Shown here piece after piece: positions 14,585-27,891 of a DNA stretch of 64,000 bases. The number at the start of each line of letters is the position of its first letter. The first letter of the stretch is position 1. The notes beneath the pieces are model-generated. The model saw nothing but the letters and a program-made list of their open reading frames with translations. It ran no database searches and had not been told where the DNA came from. The position numbers were made by a program, and so were the translations under genes. Origin of the DNA: Paecilomyces variotii (Eukaryota); the NCBI GenBank assembly GCA_004022145.1, contig RCNU01000009.1. One strand, given 5' to 3'.

Positions 14585-15010
14585 ATCTCTTATTACCCAG
14601 GTAAAAAGAATTTATTCTATTTTTATTATTGCTTATTACTTAGATAAGAAGAATTCTTTTTTTATTATCTCTTATTACCCAAATAAGAAGAATTCTATTT
14701 TTATTATTGCTTATTATCTAGGTAAGAAGAATTCTTTTTTTATTATCTCTTATTACCCAGGTAAGAAGAATTTTATTTTTATTATTGCTTATTATTTAGG
14801 TAAGAAGAATTCTTTTTCTATTATCTCTTATTACCCAGGTAAGAAGAATTCTATTTTTATTATTACTTATTACCCAGGTAAGAAAAATTCTATTTTTATT
14901 ATCTCTTATTACCCAGGTAAGAAGAATTCTATTTTTATTATCGCTTATTACCTAGATAAGAAGAATTCTATTTTTATTATCGCTTGTTACCTAGGTAAGA
15001 AGAATTCTAT
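14585..15010 (+). repeat. Tandem array, ~11 copies of a ~39 bp unit
   Basis: Unit approx. TTATTATCTCTTATTACCCAGGTAAGAAGAATTCTATTT. Its core is the reverse complement of the CTTCTTAC-CAGGTAATAA core of the 3585-4470 array. Confidence 0.95.
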
Positions 15011-15599
15011 TTTATAGATTTTTTAGATTTTTATTATCTGGGTAAAAGAAGATTTTATTTCCCTTATAAGGGATAAAATTATTCTTACTTAAGTAATAAA
15101 AAATTTAGGAATTTTATAAAATGAAAGTATTCTTACCTAGGTAAGAAGTCTAAAATTAATAATTAAACCCTTTCTTTTATAGTAAATTAGTACCCCTAAC
15201 CTAAACCTAAGGTACTTTTTTTCCCTAGTATATAAGGTCTTATATAATTAAGACTATAATAGATTTATATAATAAAAACTTTAATAAGCTAATAGAATAT
15301 TAAAAGAGTTTTAAATAAATTAAATAATCTAGAGATAAGTATAAGCTATATAAGGTATATAAGATATATAAGATAGAGAAATAAAGAGGCAAAGAGCTAA
15401 AATAGTAACTTAATAAATTATTAAGATAGATTTATAATAGCTAGAATAAATAAAATAAGATAGTTAATAAGGATTTTATAATATTAGAAAGTTCTTATAG
15501 AAAAAAGTCTTTATTTACTTTTAAATTTTTAAGAAACTTATTATCTATAGAGAGCTTAAGAATTAAATATTAATTAATATACTTGCTAAAAGATATAGA

Positions 15600-17700
15600 T
15601 AAAAATACCTATCTTATTATTAGACCCTAGTTAAATAGCTTTATATAGTCTAAATATAATCCTATTAAGAATACTCTCTTAGAGATATAACTAAGTAAAA
15701 AGAGTAATTATTTCTTATATATATATAATACTATTTCCTATTATTTCTCAGTAATATATTAATATTTTAATATTTTATCTCTATTACTTCTATTATTATA
15801 TAAGATATTACCTAACTAAAAAAAGGACTAGATAATAAGAAGATTATAGGAAGAAATATTAATTTTAATAGAATATATTAGAATTATAAATATATTATAT
15901 AGTATAGGTTAAAAACTTTTTTAAACAGTCTATAATTAGAAGAAATAAACTATCTTATAAAGAAAAAGTATCTAATTAGAATATTATTTATTAAACTAGA
16001 CTTTTCTATTATATAAATAAAGTAGTATTTTTAAAGTTTAGATAATATTTAGGGAGCTATCTTATTTAAAGCGCTTCTTATTTTTTTATTAATAATATCT
16101 ATATATTCTAATAATATCTTATATAATTAAAAAAGATAAGTTCTAGAGTAATATTCTAAGACTATATTAAAACTAGTAAGAAGCTTAATAATATTTAAAA
16201 TATATTAATTAGCTTTTTCCTAGATTAGCTTATTATAAATTATTCTTATATAGGTTATAAATTTTTATATATAGAATAGAGGTTTAAAAGGTATATTATA
16301 ATAGGCTATAGGCTAGGAGAAGAAAAACTGCTAAATTATATATAAACTTTATTAAACTATATCTATCTTTATTTAAGACTTATAATATTATTTTTATTAT
16401 AGTAGATAATAGTAATTATAATAGAAGGAGCTATTTTAAAACTAGAGATAGCTGTTTAATTTAATAATTATATAAAAAAAAAGTTTATTTTAATATTTAA
16501 ATCCTATATAAGAATTAGTATTATATTATTTAAGTTTTTAAGATCTTTAAACTAAGAGAAGGTATAGATATAATAAGACTAGATAAAAAGAATAAAAAAG
16601 ATAAAAAGAATAAAAAGGATAAAAAAAAAAGATTAATAAAAGAAATATAATTACTAGTAATTTATTAATAAAATAATATTTTAATACTCTCTTAATCTTA
16701 AAAGATTAATTCTTTTATCTTAATTAGGTAAATAAAGGTATAAGATAAGCCTATTTAATTAAATATATATACATTTAATTATAAAGCGCTTATTAAATAT
16801 TTTAATACTATTAAGATTATTTAGCAGTTAAATTAAAGTAAGCTAATAGATAATATTAAGCTTAATTAATAGATAATAGAGTAAGTCTTAATTTTAAATA
16901 TATTAAGCTTTTATATACTAATTAGGTTCTTATATAAATATTTAAATACTTATCTAGTAGATATTAGAAAGCTTATTAATTTAGATAATATAGCTATAAC
17001 TAATAGATTATTAAATATATATTTATTTAGGTAAATATATAGTCTAATAGCAGAAGAAATAAATAGAGAATTAAATACTTAATCTATATAAAAAGCTTAA
17101 TAGGTAAGAAATAAAATAAGATAATTTAATAAACTCTTATTTCTATATAGTTTAGCAATTTTAAAGAGAATATAGTAAAAAAGAATCTTTAAAAGGAATA
17201 TTTTATTTAATAGAGCTATTCTCAGCTATAAGTCTATATATAGGCTTAAAGACTTCTACTAGTTTATTACTATTAAAATATTTTATAATACTTTTTTTCT
17301 CTTTATCTAAGGATAGAGGCAGTTTTTAAAACTAGCTAAGTATATTTATTATATATAAAATATTATAATTAATAAAGCGGGATAGTTATAATAATTCTAA
17401 TTTTAAAAAAGAGCTAATAAAATATTTAAGAGTATTAAGATAATTAGGCGCTAAAGAAACTAAATATAATATATCTCCTAAAGAATATCTATTTTTACTA
17501 ATAAATCCTCTATAAATTATAAAAAAAAATATTAAACCCCTTAGTTAATAGCTATAAACTAAGTAAGTATAATATAAATATTTATATTTTTAATTATTAT
17601 ACCTAACTATATTAGTTTAGTATATTTATTTAGCTAATAAGAGAAGCCGAAGATTAATAAATCTAAGATATTTTAATATTTATATTTATAGAAGATATAT
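15600..17700 (+). mobile_element. hAT-like transposase relic (RIP-destroyed)
   Basis: De-RIPped motifs in the expected order: FI.VDN.N (~16395), HLI.K.LL (~16775), PLSWW (~17537), IP....L.RLFS (~17600-17635; hAT C-terminal dimerisation region). TIRs not identified. Confidence 0.4.
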
Positions 17701-19529
17701 ATAATTATACTAGCTTAATATATATTTTAAGCTAATAAAAAGACCTAAATAATAGTAGGTTTAAAAAGTTCTAATTTATAATTTTATCTTAATCTAATAA
17801 TCTAACTATAGTAAATTAGATTTTAATCTCTATGCTATAAAGGAAAGAATAGGAGAAATAATATTATTATATAGGGGCGGGGAAATAGTATTCTTATATA
17901 AAGATAGAGGGGAGAGAATAAAATATTAAATTATATAGCTTCTATAGGAAGTAAGCTATAAACCTATTATATTCTACTATTATATCTTTTATATAAACTA
18001 AATAGTAGCTATAATAGGATACTATCTATATTAATCTATATAGAATTAATAAAGATAGGAGAAGAACTATAGATTAGTTTAATTAAATGTTTAGTTTAGC
18101 TTAGAATAGCTAAAGTATTTAGATAAAGTTAAGGAGTATAAATAGCTAGTAGATTTTAGTATTAATTAATTCTTTAAGCAATTTAGCAATTATTATCTTT
18201 TTATATATTTTTTTAAAATCTTTAATTTTATAGTCCTAGATTTTTATAAAAGGTTAGCAGCTTATAAGAGGGGGAAGAGATAGAGGAATAAAGGGCCTAA
18301 GAAGAATTATATAAATATATATATTTTATATAGACCTTTAAAAAATATTTAAAAAGTATTAAATAGTAAAGTAATTATAGTTTAATCTTATTAATTTTAT
18401 AATTTATAAGATTCTATTTATTTTATTAATAAATATATATTTTTTTTAATATTTAGATATTAAAATATTAATTAGTTTTTATTAATATTCTTATTATTTA
18501 TATTTAGGCTGCTTTATTTAATAAGCTGCTCTATTTAGTAATTAAGCTACTTTACTTAATAAGCTATTCTATTTAATAAGCCGCTTTACTTAATAAGCTA
18601 CTCTGCTTAATTAATATAATTCTCTATTAATTAGATTATCTCTTAAGCTTTTTAGTAATTATTAAATTAGTTTTATTTAACTACTTATTATATTATTAAA
18701 AAAGCCTAAATTATCTAAAGATTTAATTAAGTAAGAGGAAAGGGTCCTATTAGTAATTTATAATTTAAATAAAAATTAAATTCTGTCTATATAAAAAGCA
18801 GTATTAACTTTTAAAGTTCCTTATTTAATGCTTTAAATATAACTATAAAGGTATTAGTTTTATAATAATATATAAAATAATGCAATTATATTATCTGAAT
18901 TATAGGAAGAATTACTTATATAATAGATATTATCTATAGATTAATATAGAGTAAGTCTTTAACTTATTTAAGTTTAAGGAATAATAAGTCTTCTTATAAA
19001 TTAAGATAGCAAGGTTTTAGTTAAATAAGAACTAGGCATTTATTTTTATTAAGTATCTTATAGCTAAAGGGGGGTAGGCTATAAGAAATTATTAAATATT
19101 GCTAATTAAGCTAAGTAAAACATATAGCCTAATATTTAATTTAGAGATTTAGTATATATCTTAAAATAATAAACTATATAAATACCGCCTTTAAACCCCT
19201 TAGCTAGGTATATTATATATAAGATAATAAAATAAAATCTATTATATAATCTAGATTAGTAGTTTAGTAGTATTTATACTAGATTTCTGCCTTTTATATA
19301 TAGGGAAATAATAATTAGCTTAAACTTATAAGACCTTAACCCTATAATTTTAAACTATTTAAAACTAATCCCTAGGTTAAATTATCTTTTTTTATATTTA
19401 GGCACATTATATTATATATAAAATATATAGAAATATATTAATTTAGGGGAGGGGATAAACTAGAAAAAAAAAAAAAGATAAAATTTAAAGCTAGATTTAA
19501 ACTAATAACCTTTTTATTTTAAAACTGCC

Positions 19530-19755
19530 CTATAGCTAATATTATTATAGCTAATATTATTATAGTTAGTGCTATTATAGCTAATACTGCTATTATAGCT
19601 AGTATTATTAGTATAGCTAATACTATTAATATAACTAATATTGCTAATATAGCTAATACTGCTAGTATAGCTAGTATTACTATAACTAATACTATTAATA
19701 TAGCTAATACTATTAATATAGCTAGTACTACTATAGCTAATACTACTAGTATAAG
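19530..19755 (+). repeat. Degenerate 15/18-bp tandem repeat, probably a former coding repeat
   Basis: Repeated TATAGCTAATACTGCT(AG)-like units with lengths in multiples of 3. Confidence 0.7.
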
Positions 19756-21639
19756 TATAATAGAGTAGAAGAATAAAAGAGCTAATAAAATAAAGAAGCT
19801 ATATAGATATAATAGAGCAGAGAAATTAGCCTTTATTTTCTTAACTTAATATAAGAGATAGAGTAATAATATAAAATTAGCTTTATTATAAATTATATAT
19901 ATAGATTATCTTTAATAATAAAGAATATACTTAAAATAGCCTTAAATATAATATTCTTAGGCATAGGACTATCTAGAGCAGTCTTAAAGACCCTCTTATA
20001 ATTATACTTTTAAAGAGTTTAAGAGATTTAAATAAAAATTAAAAGAAGTAGAGAAGCTAATAAAATAGAGGAGTAAATAAAATAAAAGAGCTAATAAAGC
20101 AGAGAAATAAAGGAGCTAATAATATACTCTAAAAAATACCTAATTGTCTATATATTACCTTATATATATTTTATTAATATCCTAGGATTATCTAACTATT
20201 ATAGCCTATATAGGCTATTAAAGCCTATTAATTAAAATATTAGTTTCTATTATTAAATAATAAATAATATAGGACTAATTTATTTTCTCTTCTAATAGAG
20301 TAAAAAAATAAATTAGGCTATTATCCTTAGAGCTGCTAGAGATATATTATTAAAATAAATATTATACCTCTAGTAATATAGGAAAGAAAAGAGAAAGCTA
20401 ATGAATAAAAGCTTATATAATAAGTAAAAGCTAATATAATAGGCTAAAGGTTAAACTAGCTTATTATATTAAAGAAGAGGAAAAAGAAAAAAAAGAGAAA
20501 GAAAAGAAGATAAGAATAGAAATACTCTTTTATATTTAATAAATAAGGTATAAATTCTCTCTCTACTATAAATCTAAGGGGGAAAAAATATAATTATTCT
20601 CTAGATAAATATAAATAAGAAAGATTTTAAATAGAAAGAAATATAGGGTAAAGATAATAAATAATAGCAATTATTAATAGTAGGAGAAGGCCTAATAATA
20701 ATAAAAAAATAATAAAAGAATATAAAAATATAAAGCTATAATAAAGAATAGGAAGGGAGAGAAAAGATAAAAAATTTAATATAAGAATAGCTAGAGTATA
20801 ATATTATAATTAATATTCTAAATAAATTAATAAAAAGCTAGAATTTTAAATAGAAAAAAATACTTTAAAAGTAAGTTTTTATAATAACTAAAAATAATAA
20901 GCTCTAATTAGCTTATTTAGATATTAAATAAGTTTTTAATAGAATATTCTATATCTTACTAATTATTATTATTTTCTTTACTATTATTTATAGCCTCTAA
21001 TTCCTCTATATATAATATTATAATATCTAGAATATTAGAAGAAGGAGTTAAAGGGGTAAAAGGGACCGTATAAATAACTTAAATATATAAACTATAGGTT
21101 AGTATAAGAAAAAGCTATAGAATATCTATTTATATATTAAGACCTTTAATAGTCTATATTAATCTTCTATAGGTCCCTAGAACTATCTAGCCTATATTAA
21201 AGTCTTAGATAATTAAATAGTGCCTTAAATAAGATATTAGAGAGTATTTATATGCAGGAGATAGCTATATAGTTTAAACTCTTTATAAATTCTAAATAGA
21301 AGAGATTTAATATAGCCCGGTCTAGTATTATACCCTAGGATTTATATATATTAATAGTATATGCTATTATAATAGAGAACTAGGTCTATTAATAATTAAT
21401 ATAATTATAAGTAAACTCTTAATAGAATTAAAAGATAAAGATAATTAGATAGCTATTATTATCCTAGCAGAGATATAGCCTCTAATTATTATTAAAGCAG
21501 ACTAAAAGAGCTAATAATAGATCTTACTAATAATTATTACCCTAAATCTATATAATATTAAAAAGCATACTAAAAAAGCTATTTATTAACTCTTACTCTA
21601 CTTAGATATTCTCCTTTAATATAATAAAGTTTTAGATTA

Positions 21640-22545
21640 CTTAGTTTTAAATTAATAAATAACCGACTAATATAAATTTCTAACTATTAAATTTCTTATT
21701 ATTAGATTAGACTAAGTTTTAGATTAATAAATAACTGATTAATATAAATTTTTAACTATTAAATTTCTAATTACTAAATTTCTTATTATTAGACTAAACT
21801 AAGTTTTAAATTAATAAATAACTAATTAATATAAATTTTTAACTACTAAATTTCTAATTACTAAATTTCTTATTATTAGACTAGACTAAGTTTTAGATTA
21901 ATAAATAACTAATTAATATAAATTTTTAACTATTAAATTTCTAACTACTAAATTTCTTACTATTAAATTAGACTAAGTTTTAGATTAATAAATAACTAAC
22001 TAATATAAATTTTCGACTATTAAATTTTTAATTATTAAATTTCCTATTACTAGACTAGACTAAGTTTTAAATTAATAAATAACTAATTAATATAAATTTT
22101 TAACTACTAAATTTCTAATTATTAAATTTCTTATTACTAGATTAGACTAAGTTTTAGATTAATAAATAACTAATTAATATAAATTTTTAATTATTAAATT
22201 TCTTATTACTAGATTAAATTAAGTTTTAGATTAATAAATAATTAACTAATATAAATTTTTAACTATTAAATTTCTAACTATTAAATTTCTTACTATTAGA
22301 TTAGACTAAGTTTTAAATTAATAAATAACTAACTAATATAAATTTTTAATTATTAAATTTCTAACTATTAAATTTCTTATTACTAGATTAGACTAAGTTT
22401 TAAATTAATAAATAACTAACTAATATAAATTTTTAACTATTAAATTTCTTACTATTAGACTAAACTAAGTTTTAGATTAATAAATAACTAACTAATATAA
22501 ATTTTTAACTACTGAATTTCTAATTATTAAATTTCTTACTAGTAG
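21640..22545 (+). repeat. Tandem array, 11 units of 73 or 87 bp
   Basis: Unit approx. ATTAGACTAGACTAAGTTTTAGATTAATAAATAACTAATTAATATAAATTTTTAACTATTAAATTTC..., with or without a 14-bp internal duplication. A 12th unit resumes at 23684. Confidence 0.95.
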
Positions 22546-23683
22546 TATTATAGCACTAAATAGATATTACAATAGCTATAAGATAAATTAGAGTTATAAA
22601 AGGAAATAGCAGAGTAAAATTATTAGCAGAATTATTAACTGCCTGCTATATTAAGAAAGGATTAAGAAATAAAAGATTTTAAAGATAAAAGTATTTAGAT
22701 TTTTACCCTGAATTTTTCTTCTTTTTCTTCTCTAGTTTAAAGTTCTCTATTATATTGTTTTACTAGGTTAAATCTTTAATAAATTTAATTTAATTTGTTT
22801 AAATATAATATTACTTTAAGCTTATTTTATTTATTTTATTTTATTTCCTAGGCTTTCTGTTTAAATATATTATGCTGCTTAAGAAACCTATTTATTGCTT
22901 AATAAAATATTAGACCCTTAAATTAAGTTCTCGCTATAATAAAGCTTATTAATAAATTTAATTGCTATTAGAATAATTCTAAAAATAGAGGTAAATAGCT
23001 TAAATAAAAACCTATAAAAGATACTTATTATATCTTATATTATTAGGATAATAGGCTAAAGGATATAATATTAAATAAGTTCTATAAGAAGCTAAAAGCA
23101 GATTTTATAGAAATCTAGAGAATCTAATATTTTATTATTAATTTCCTTTAGAATAAAATTTATAAATTAAAAAATATTAAATACTTAAATAATTATAATA
23201 TTAAATATAAAAATAATAATAATAATCTTACCCGCTAGCTTTACTAAAAGAAATATTATATTAAAGATATTAAATAATAAGTTATAGAACTTATTTATAA
23301 TTAAAAAAAATATAAAAAGGCTCTTATTAATATAGCTCTTTATTTTAATTATAAAAATATCTTAGAATCTATAAGTAATTAGCCTTAATACTCTATTAAA
23401 TTACTTAACCCTCCCCTGCTTATTAATAGAAAAAATCCTAAATTTAAAGATTAGTTATTATAGATTAAAAATAAGCTTAAGATAAATACTAACTATTATA
23501 GAAGTAAATATTTTTATATTATATATATTTAAAACTACCTAAGTAGAAAAGCTATAGTATATATATTTCCTAGATTTTATAAAGATTTTAGCCTCCTCTT
23601 TTAAATAGCTAATAAGATCTTTAACTATCTTTAAGCTATTTTTTATAATTTAAATTATTATTAGAATATAAAGTATTATAATA
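22546..23683 (+). mobile_element. Truncated LTR retrotransposon: putative 5' LTR (22546-~22810) plus gag fragment
   Basis: De-RIPped gag KLPDPPLLTDGKDPKFEDWL..IKNKL..NADHY at ~23398-23500. Putative LTR termini TATTATAGCAC...ATATAATA (RIPped TG...CA). Confidence 0.7.
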
Positions 23684-24473
23684 ATTAGATTAAATTAAGT
23701 TTTAGATTAATAAATAATTAAGTAATATAAATTTTTAATTATTAAATTTTTGATTAAATAAAAGTTCTAAATTAATATATAGCTTAAAGGCTTTAGCCCT
23801 ATATTATTTATTATTAAGATAATTAGTCTAAGTATTTTATAATAGTTAACTTTATAATAGCTATATTAACTTAAGAATTTATAGGTATATTTCTAGTAAT
23901 AGTTAAATACTAATATAAGTTATAGATCTCCTTTAATTATAGCCTAATATTATAATTTAGTAATCTGCTATTATAAGATTTATTAGTTAGAAATAATTTA
24001 GTAATTGAAAATTTATATTATTTAGTAATTTATTAATCTAAAATTTAGTATTTTATTAGATAAGGCTTAGTAAACCCTATTAAAATTCTCGCCTAAATAT
24101 TAACTCTCTATATCTTTATTAAATTAGGTTAGATTTAAATAGAAATTAATTTATTTTATATATTTAATTTAACTTTATAATATATTAAAAATTTAGCTTA
24201 ATCTAACTTTATTTTACTAAGATATAAAGAGATAAAGTTTTATTATTAAAAAATCTAAAATAAGAAATAGCACTAGTCTATTTTAATTTTTCTACTATAG
24301 CTTATTAATTAAGGCAAAATCTTTAAACCTTAATAACTTATGCTACAGTGGACTAATTTAAAAAAGGAATATATATTTATAATCCTTAGAATAAGCTCTA
24401 TTAATTAATATATAGAATAATATTAAATTTTTAAAGGGGAAGTTTATTTATATATATAATTTTGCCTTATAGA

Positions 24474-27400
24474 TAGATAAGTTAGTTTTAACTATAATCT
24501 TATAAGTCTAGTTAAATAGCTTTAAAATTAGGGCTTAAATAAATATATCTTTTAAAGCTTTAAAACTAGACTGGCAGGCGGGTATTTAATTAAAGAGAAC
24601 TTCCTTCTAAGTTAAGCTTATAAGTAGTATAATTATCTTAGAAAAGTTATAAATAAACTAATAATAAAAATTGCTAAACCTAATAAAGGCTTATATATTA
24701 ATTATATAGGTTGGGGTCTTCTATTTAGCAATTATTTTTACCTTATCTAAGTCTATCTTAATATAGTCCCGGCCGATAATAATACTTAAGAATTTAATCT
24801 TAAAGATAATAAACTTATATTTCTAAATCTTTATATATAGGCCTACTTTATATAGCTTCTGCAGAATAATATAAATATATTAGATATATTTAGAATAAAT
24901 TATATTATATATTAAGATATTGTTAAGGTATATAGTATAAAAGATATTAAAATAATCTTATAGGATATTATTAATAAACTATTAAAATATTGCTAGTACT
25001 CTTATTAAGTTAAATAGTATTATTAATAATTTAAATAGGCTAAATTAAGTATAGAAGGCAGTTAAATATTCTTATTCTTTTTTAATATAAAGGTTATTAA
25101 ATATAGAAATAATATTAATCTTTATAAAATACTTTATTCCTTTTAAATTATTTAGAGTTTTCTTAGTTAAGGGTAGAGAGTATTAATCTTTAATAATTAT
25201 TATATTTAAGGCTTAGTAATCTATATAAATTTATATCTCTCTACTAGGCTTTTTAATAAATAGAATTAGGAATATAATAAGCGATAAGCTTAGGCAGATA
25301 AATCCCTTTTTTAAGTTTTTTTTAATCTATTCCTTTAAGACCTTTAATTTATTTTAAGATATAATATATAGAGGTTTAAAGGGGAGTAACTTCTTCTCTA
25401 ATAGCTTAATATTATAGTTATAAAAATAATATAATAATAAGTGCTTAGCCTTCTTAAGAGAAAAGATATTAATATAATTCTTAAACTTTTTAGGTAATAA
25501 GTAGGCAGGATCTTTTTCCTAAACTTATTTAATTCTTAAAGCAGTATTTAAGTCCTCTAAGATAATTATAAATATTTAAATATTTCTTCAGGTATAGATA
25601 AAATAAGTAGCTAAAAAAATAAAGGCTATATTTCTCTTTTCTAGTCTTCTAAGTCTCAGGGGTAAATATTAAAATAAAGCCTTTAAGGAAATATTATATA
25701 GGGTAAGTATCTTAATTAGCTTTAAAAATATATTATAATTCTTTTAGTAATAATTATTATTAAAAATAATATTATAAGCAATAAATTATAAATGCGGGTT
25801 ATAATACTTTAATTAGAGAAGTCTTAAAATAATAAAGTAATATACTAGTTAGATAATATAAAACTTAGTATCTTTCTTAAAATAATTCTTAATTCTTATA
25901 TCTATCTAGATATAGTATATAATCTTCTTATTTTTTAGTTCTCTTTTATTAAATATATATAGAATAATTAGGCTTTTTAGAGGAATAAGCTCTAACTTCT
26001 AATTTTTAGCCTATCCTTAATCTATAAATCTTTATCTTTTAGCTTTAATATTAAACAGAGCATAAATTAATAGGCAGATCTTTTTCTTTTTTTTTTCTAA
26101 TATTATAGATAGTATTATTAATTTTAATTATTATAGATATTCTTTAAGGTTAATTCTATAAACAGCAGTAGTAGAGATTTAAATAATATATAATTCTTAA
26201 GCCTAGCTATAATTTACTCTAGGCTTATTTTTTTTATTAAGAATTAGCTAAGGAATAGACTATATAAGTTTAAGAACTAGATTATTTAGGGAGTTTAAAA
26301 ATAGGGTTTATATATAGCTATAGTTTAAATCTTCTAGTAGTTATTTAAATACAGGTAATTTTTAATATAATATTTTAAAGAGCTATAATAAAAGCAGGCA
26401 CTAGTTTTATAATATAATAGACTATATTTTTTCCTACCTAGGTATCTAGAAGTGCTTAAGTCTATTAGGTTATATAGCTATATTAGGGCTAATTTACTTT
26501 TTTACATAAGGCTTCTCTAGGGCTAATTATTATATCTTATAGCTAAGGCAGAATTTAGAGCAGATAAAAAAGATTAGATATATTAAATAGATTTTAAAAT
26601 AATAGTATAAATCTTTATAATAAAGGGCTAGTTTATAATATATTAATAGTAATAATTCTTAAGATCTTATAGGAATTTAATAAACTAATAATATTTATAA
26701 CTTAAGGGCTAACTATATAATAATATTCCTTAAAATTCTTAACTAATAGCTTACTTAAGTAGGGTAAATAATATTTCTTTAGATATTTTTTTTTTTAGTA
26801 TTAAGTACTAGAACTTAGTAAAAAAGATTCTAAATTCCTTATTAATTTAATAAAGGTTAAATAGTTTATTATATGTATTATTTATATAATTAGGGTTATT
26901 AAATATATATTTTAAAATATTTAAAATCTCTTAATAGTTATTAAAAATATAAGTCTTATCTCTAATATATAATAATACTTAAGTATAAGATATATTTTTT
27001 AAATAGTTAATTATATAAGCTATATAGCTTTAGGGAGTTAAGAATTAATTTTAATTAATTATTATCTTCTCTTAAATCTAGGCTATAAAGTGCTAAAGAT
27101 CCTTTTAATTACCTTTAAATTTATTTAAATTAAAGAGTCTCTTTAAAAGTTTAAGGGTAAAGAAAGGTATAATAATAAATATTTTAAATGCTCTTACTAA
27201 AGCAGCTGTAGGTCTTTTAATATTAGGCTTAGATTTAAATATAAATAAAGATATATTTATAATAGATATAATTATATAGCGGGTCTAATCCTTTTTAAGA
27301 ATAGCTTAAATATATTATTATTCTTTTTTTTAAAGCTAGGTTTTTTAATATTATTAGACAGCCTTAAATTTAGTAATTTCTTATTTAAGTCTTTATTAAA

Positions 27401-27891
27401 TAATAGCAAATTCTTATTAAAGCTTTTAAAAGTATATTTTAGCTTAATAATTTATCTTATTTATAGTAGTCTTAGTTTTATTAATATATTTATATACTAG
27501 GCAATAGTAATTATATTATTTTGGCCTATAGCTAATAATAATATGCTTAATAAACTCTTCTAAAATTATTAGCAGAAATAAGGGAATTAGAGTAAATATT
27601 ATTAATAATATTAACTCCTAAGTAAGAGCTATATAATATTAAGATATAGGCTTAGGAAGCGGGTTAGAATAAATAAAATAAGGTAATTAATACTAGGACT
27701 AGTTATAAGATCTTTATTTAGCTAATTTAAACTAGAATAGGCTGTTATAAGTAAGTTTAGTAAATAAGATATAGCTTAAAGAGCTTAAATTTAGATTAAG
27801 TTATATATTAAAGATATCTTTATAAGGTTATATAATATCTTATATAAGTATTAACTAGTAGATCTCTGTCTCCTATATTAGCACTATAATA
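24474..27891 (-). mobile_element. Ty3/Gypsy family B, copy 1: 5' LTR (27637-27891), gag, protease, RT; truncated before RNase H
   Basis: Colinear with 34700-38098. RT core reads YLNNILIY (RIPped YLDDILIY) at ~24930-24950, and GFSNFY..FI at ~24650-24680. Confidence 0.9.

Larger units (their letters stand above)
1..15200. mobile_element. Relic of a large multi-gene element (Starship-like cargo region?), left end outside the window
   Basis: The palindromes TTCCCTTATAAGGGAA and TTACCC(G/A)GGTAA recur throughout 2.0-15.15 kb and were not noticed further right. Several RIP-destroyed gene-like frames are present, including a DUF3723/ParB-like one. No captain tyrosine recombinase was recognised. Confidence 0.4.
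21640..24048. mobile_element. TA-flanked MITE-like element with amplified left TIR, interrupted by an LTR-gag fragment
   Basis: Left end TA|CTTAGTTTTAAATTAATAAAT (21638-) matches the reverse complement of the right end ATTTATTAATCTAAAATTTAG|TA (-24050); the inverted match runs ~55 bp. Confidence 0.65.

Noticed and set aside
15193-15212. Telomere-like CCCTAACCTAAACCTAA at the right edge of the palindrome-bearing region
   Set aside because: Only one perfect CCCTAA; too short and degenerate to call an interstitial telomere or an element end.
17800-21630. Further gene-like RIPped sequence (also 31108-32189 and 38104-38790)
   Set aside because: No recognisable domain or termini; left unclassified.
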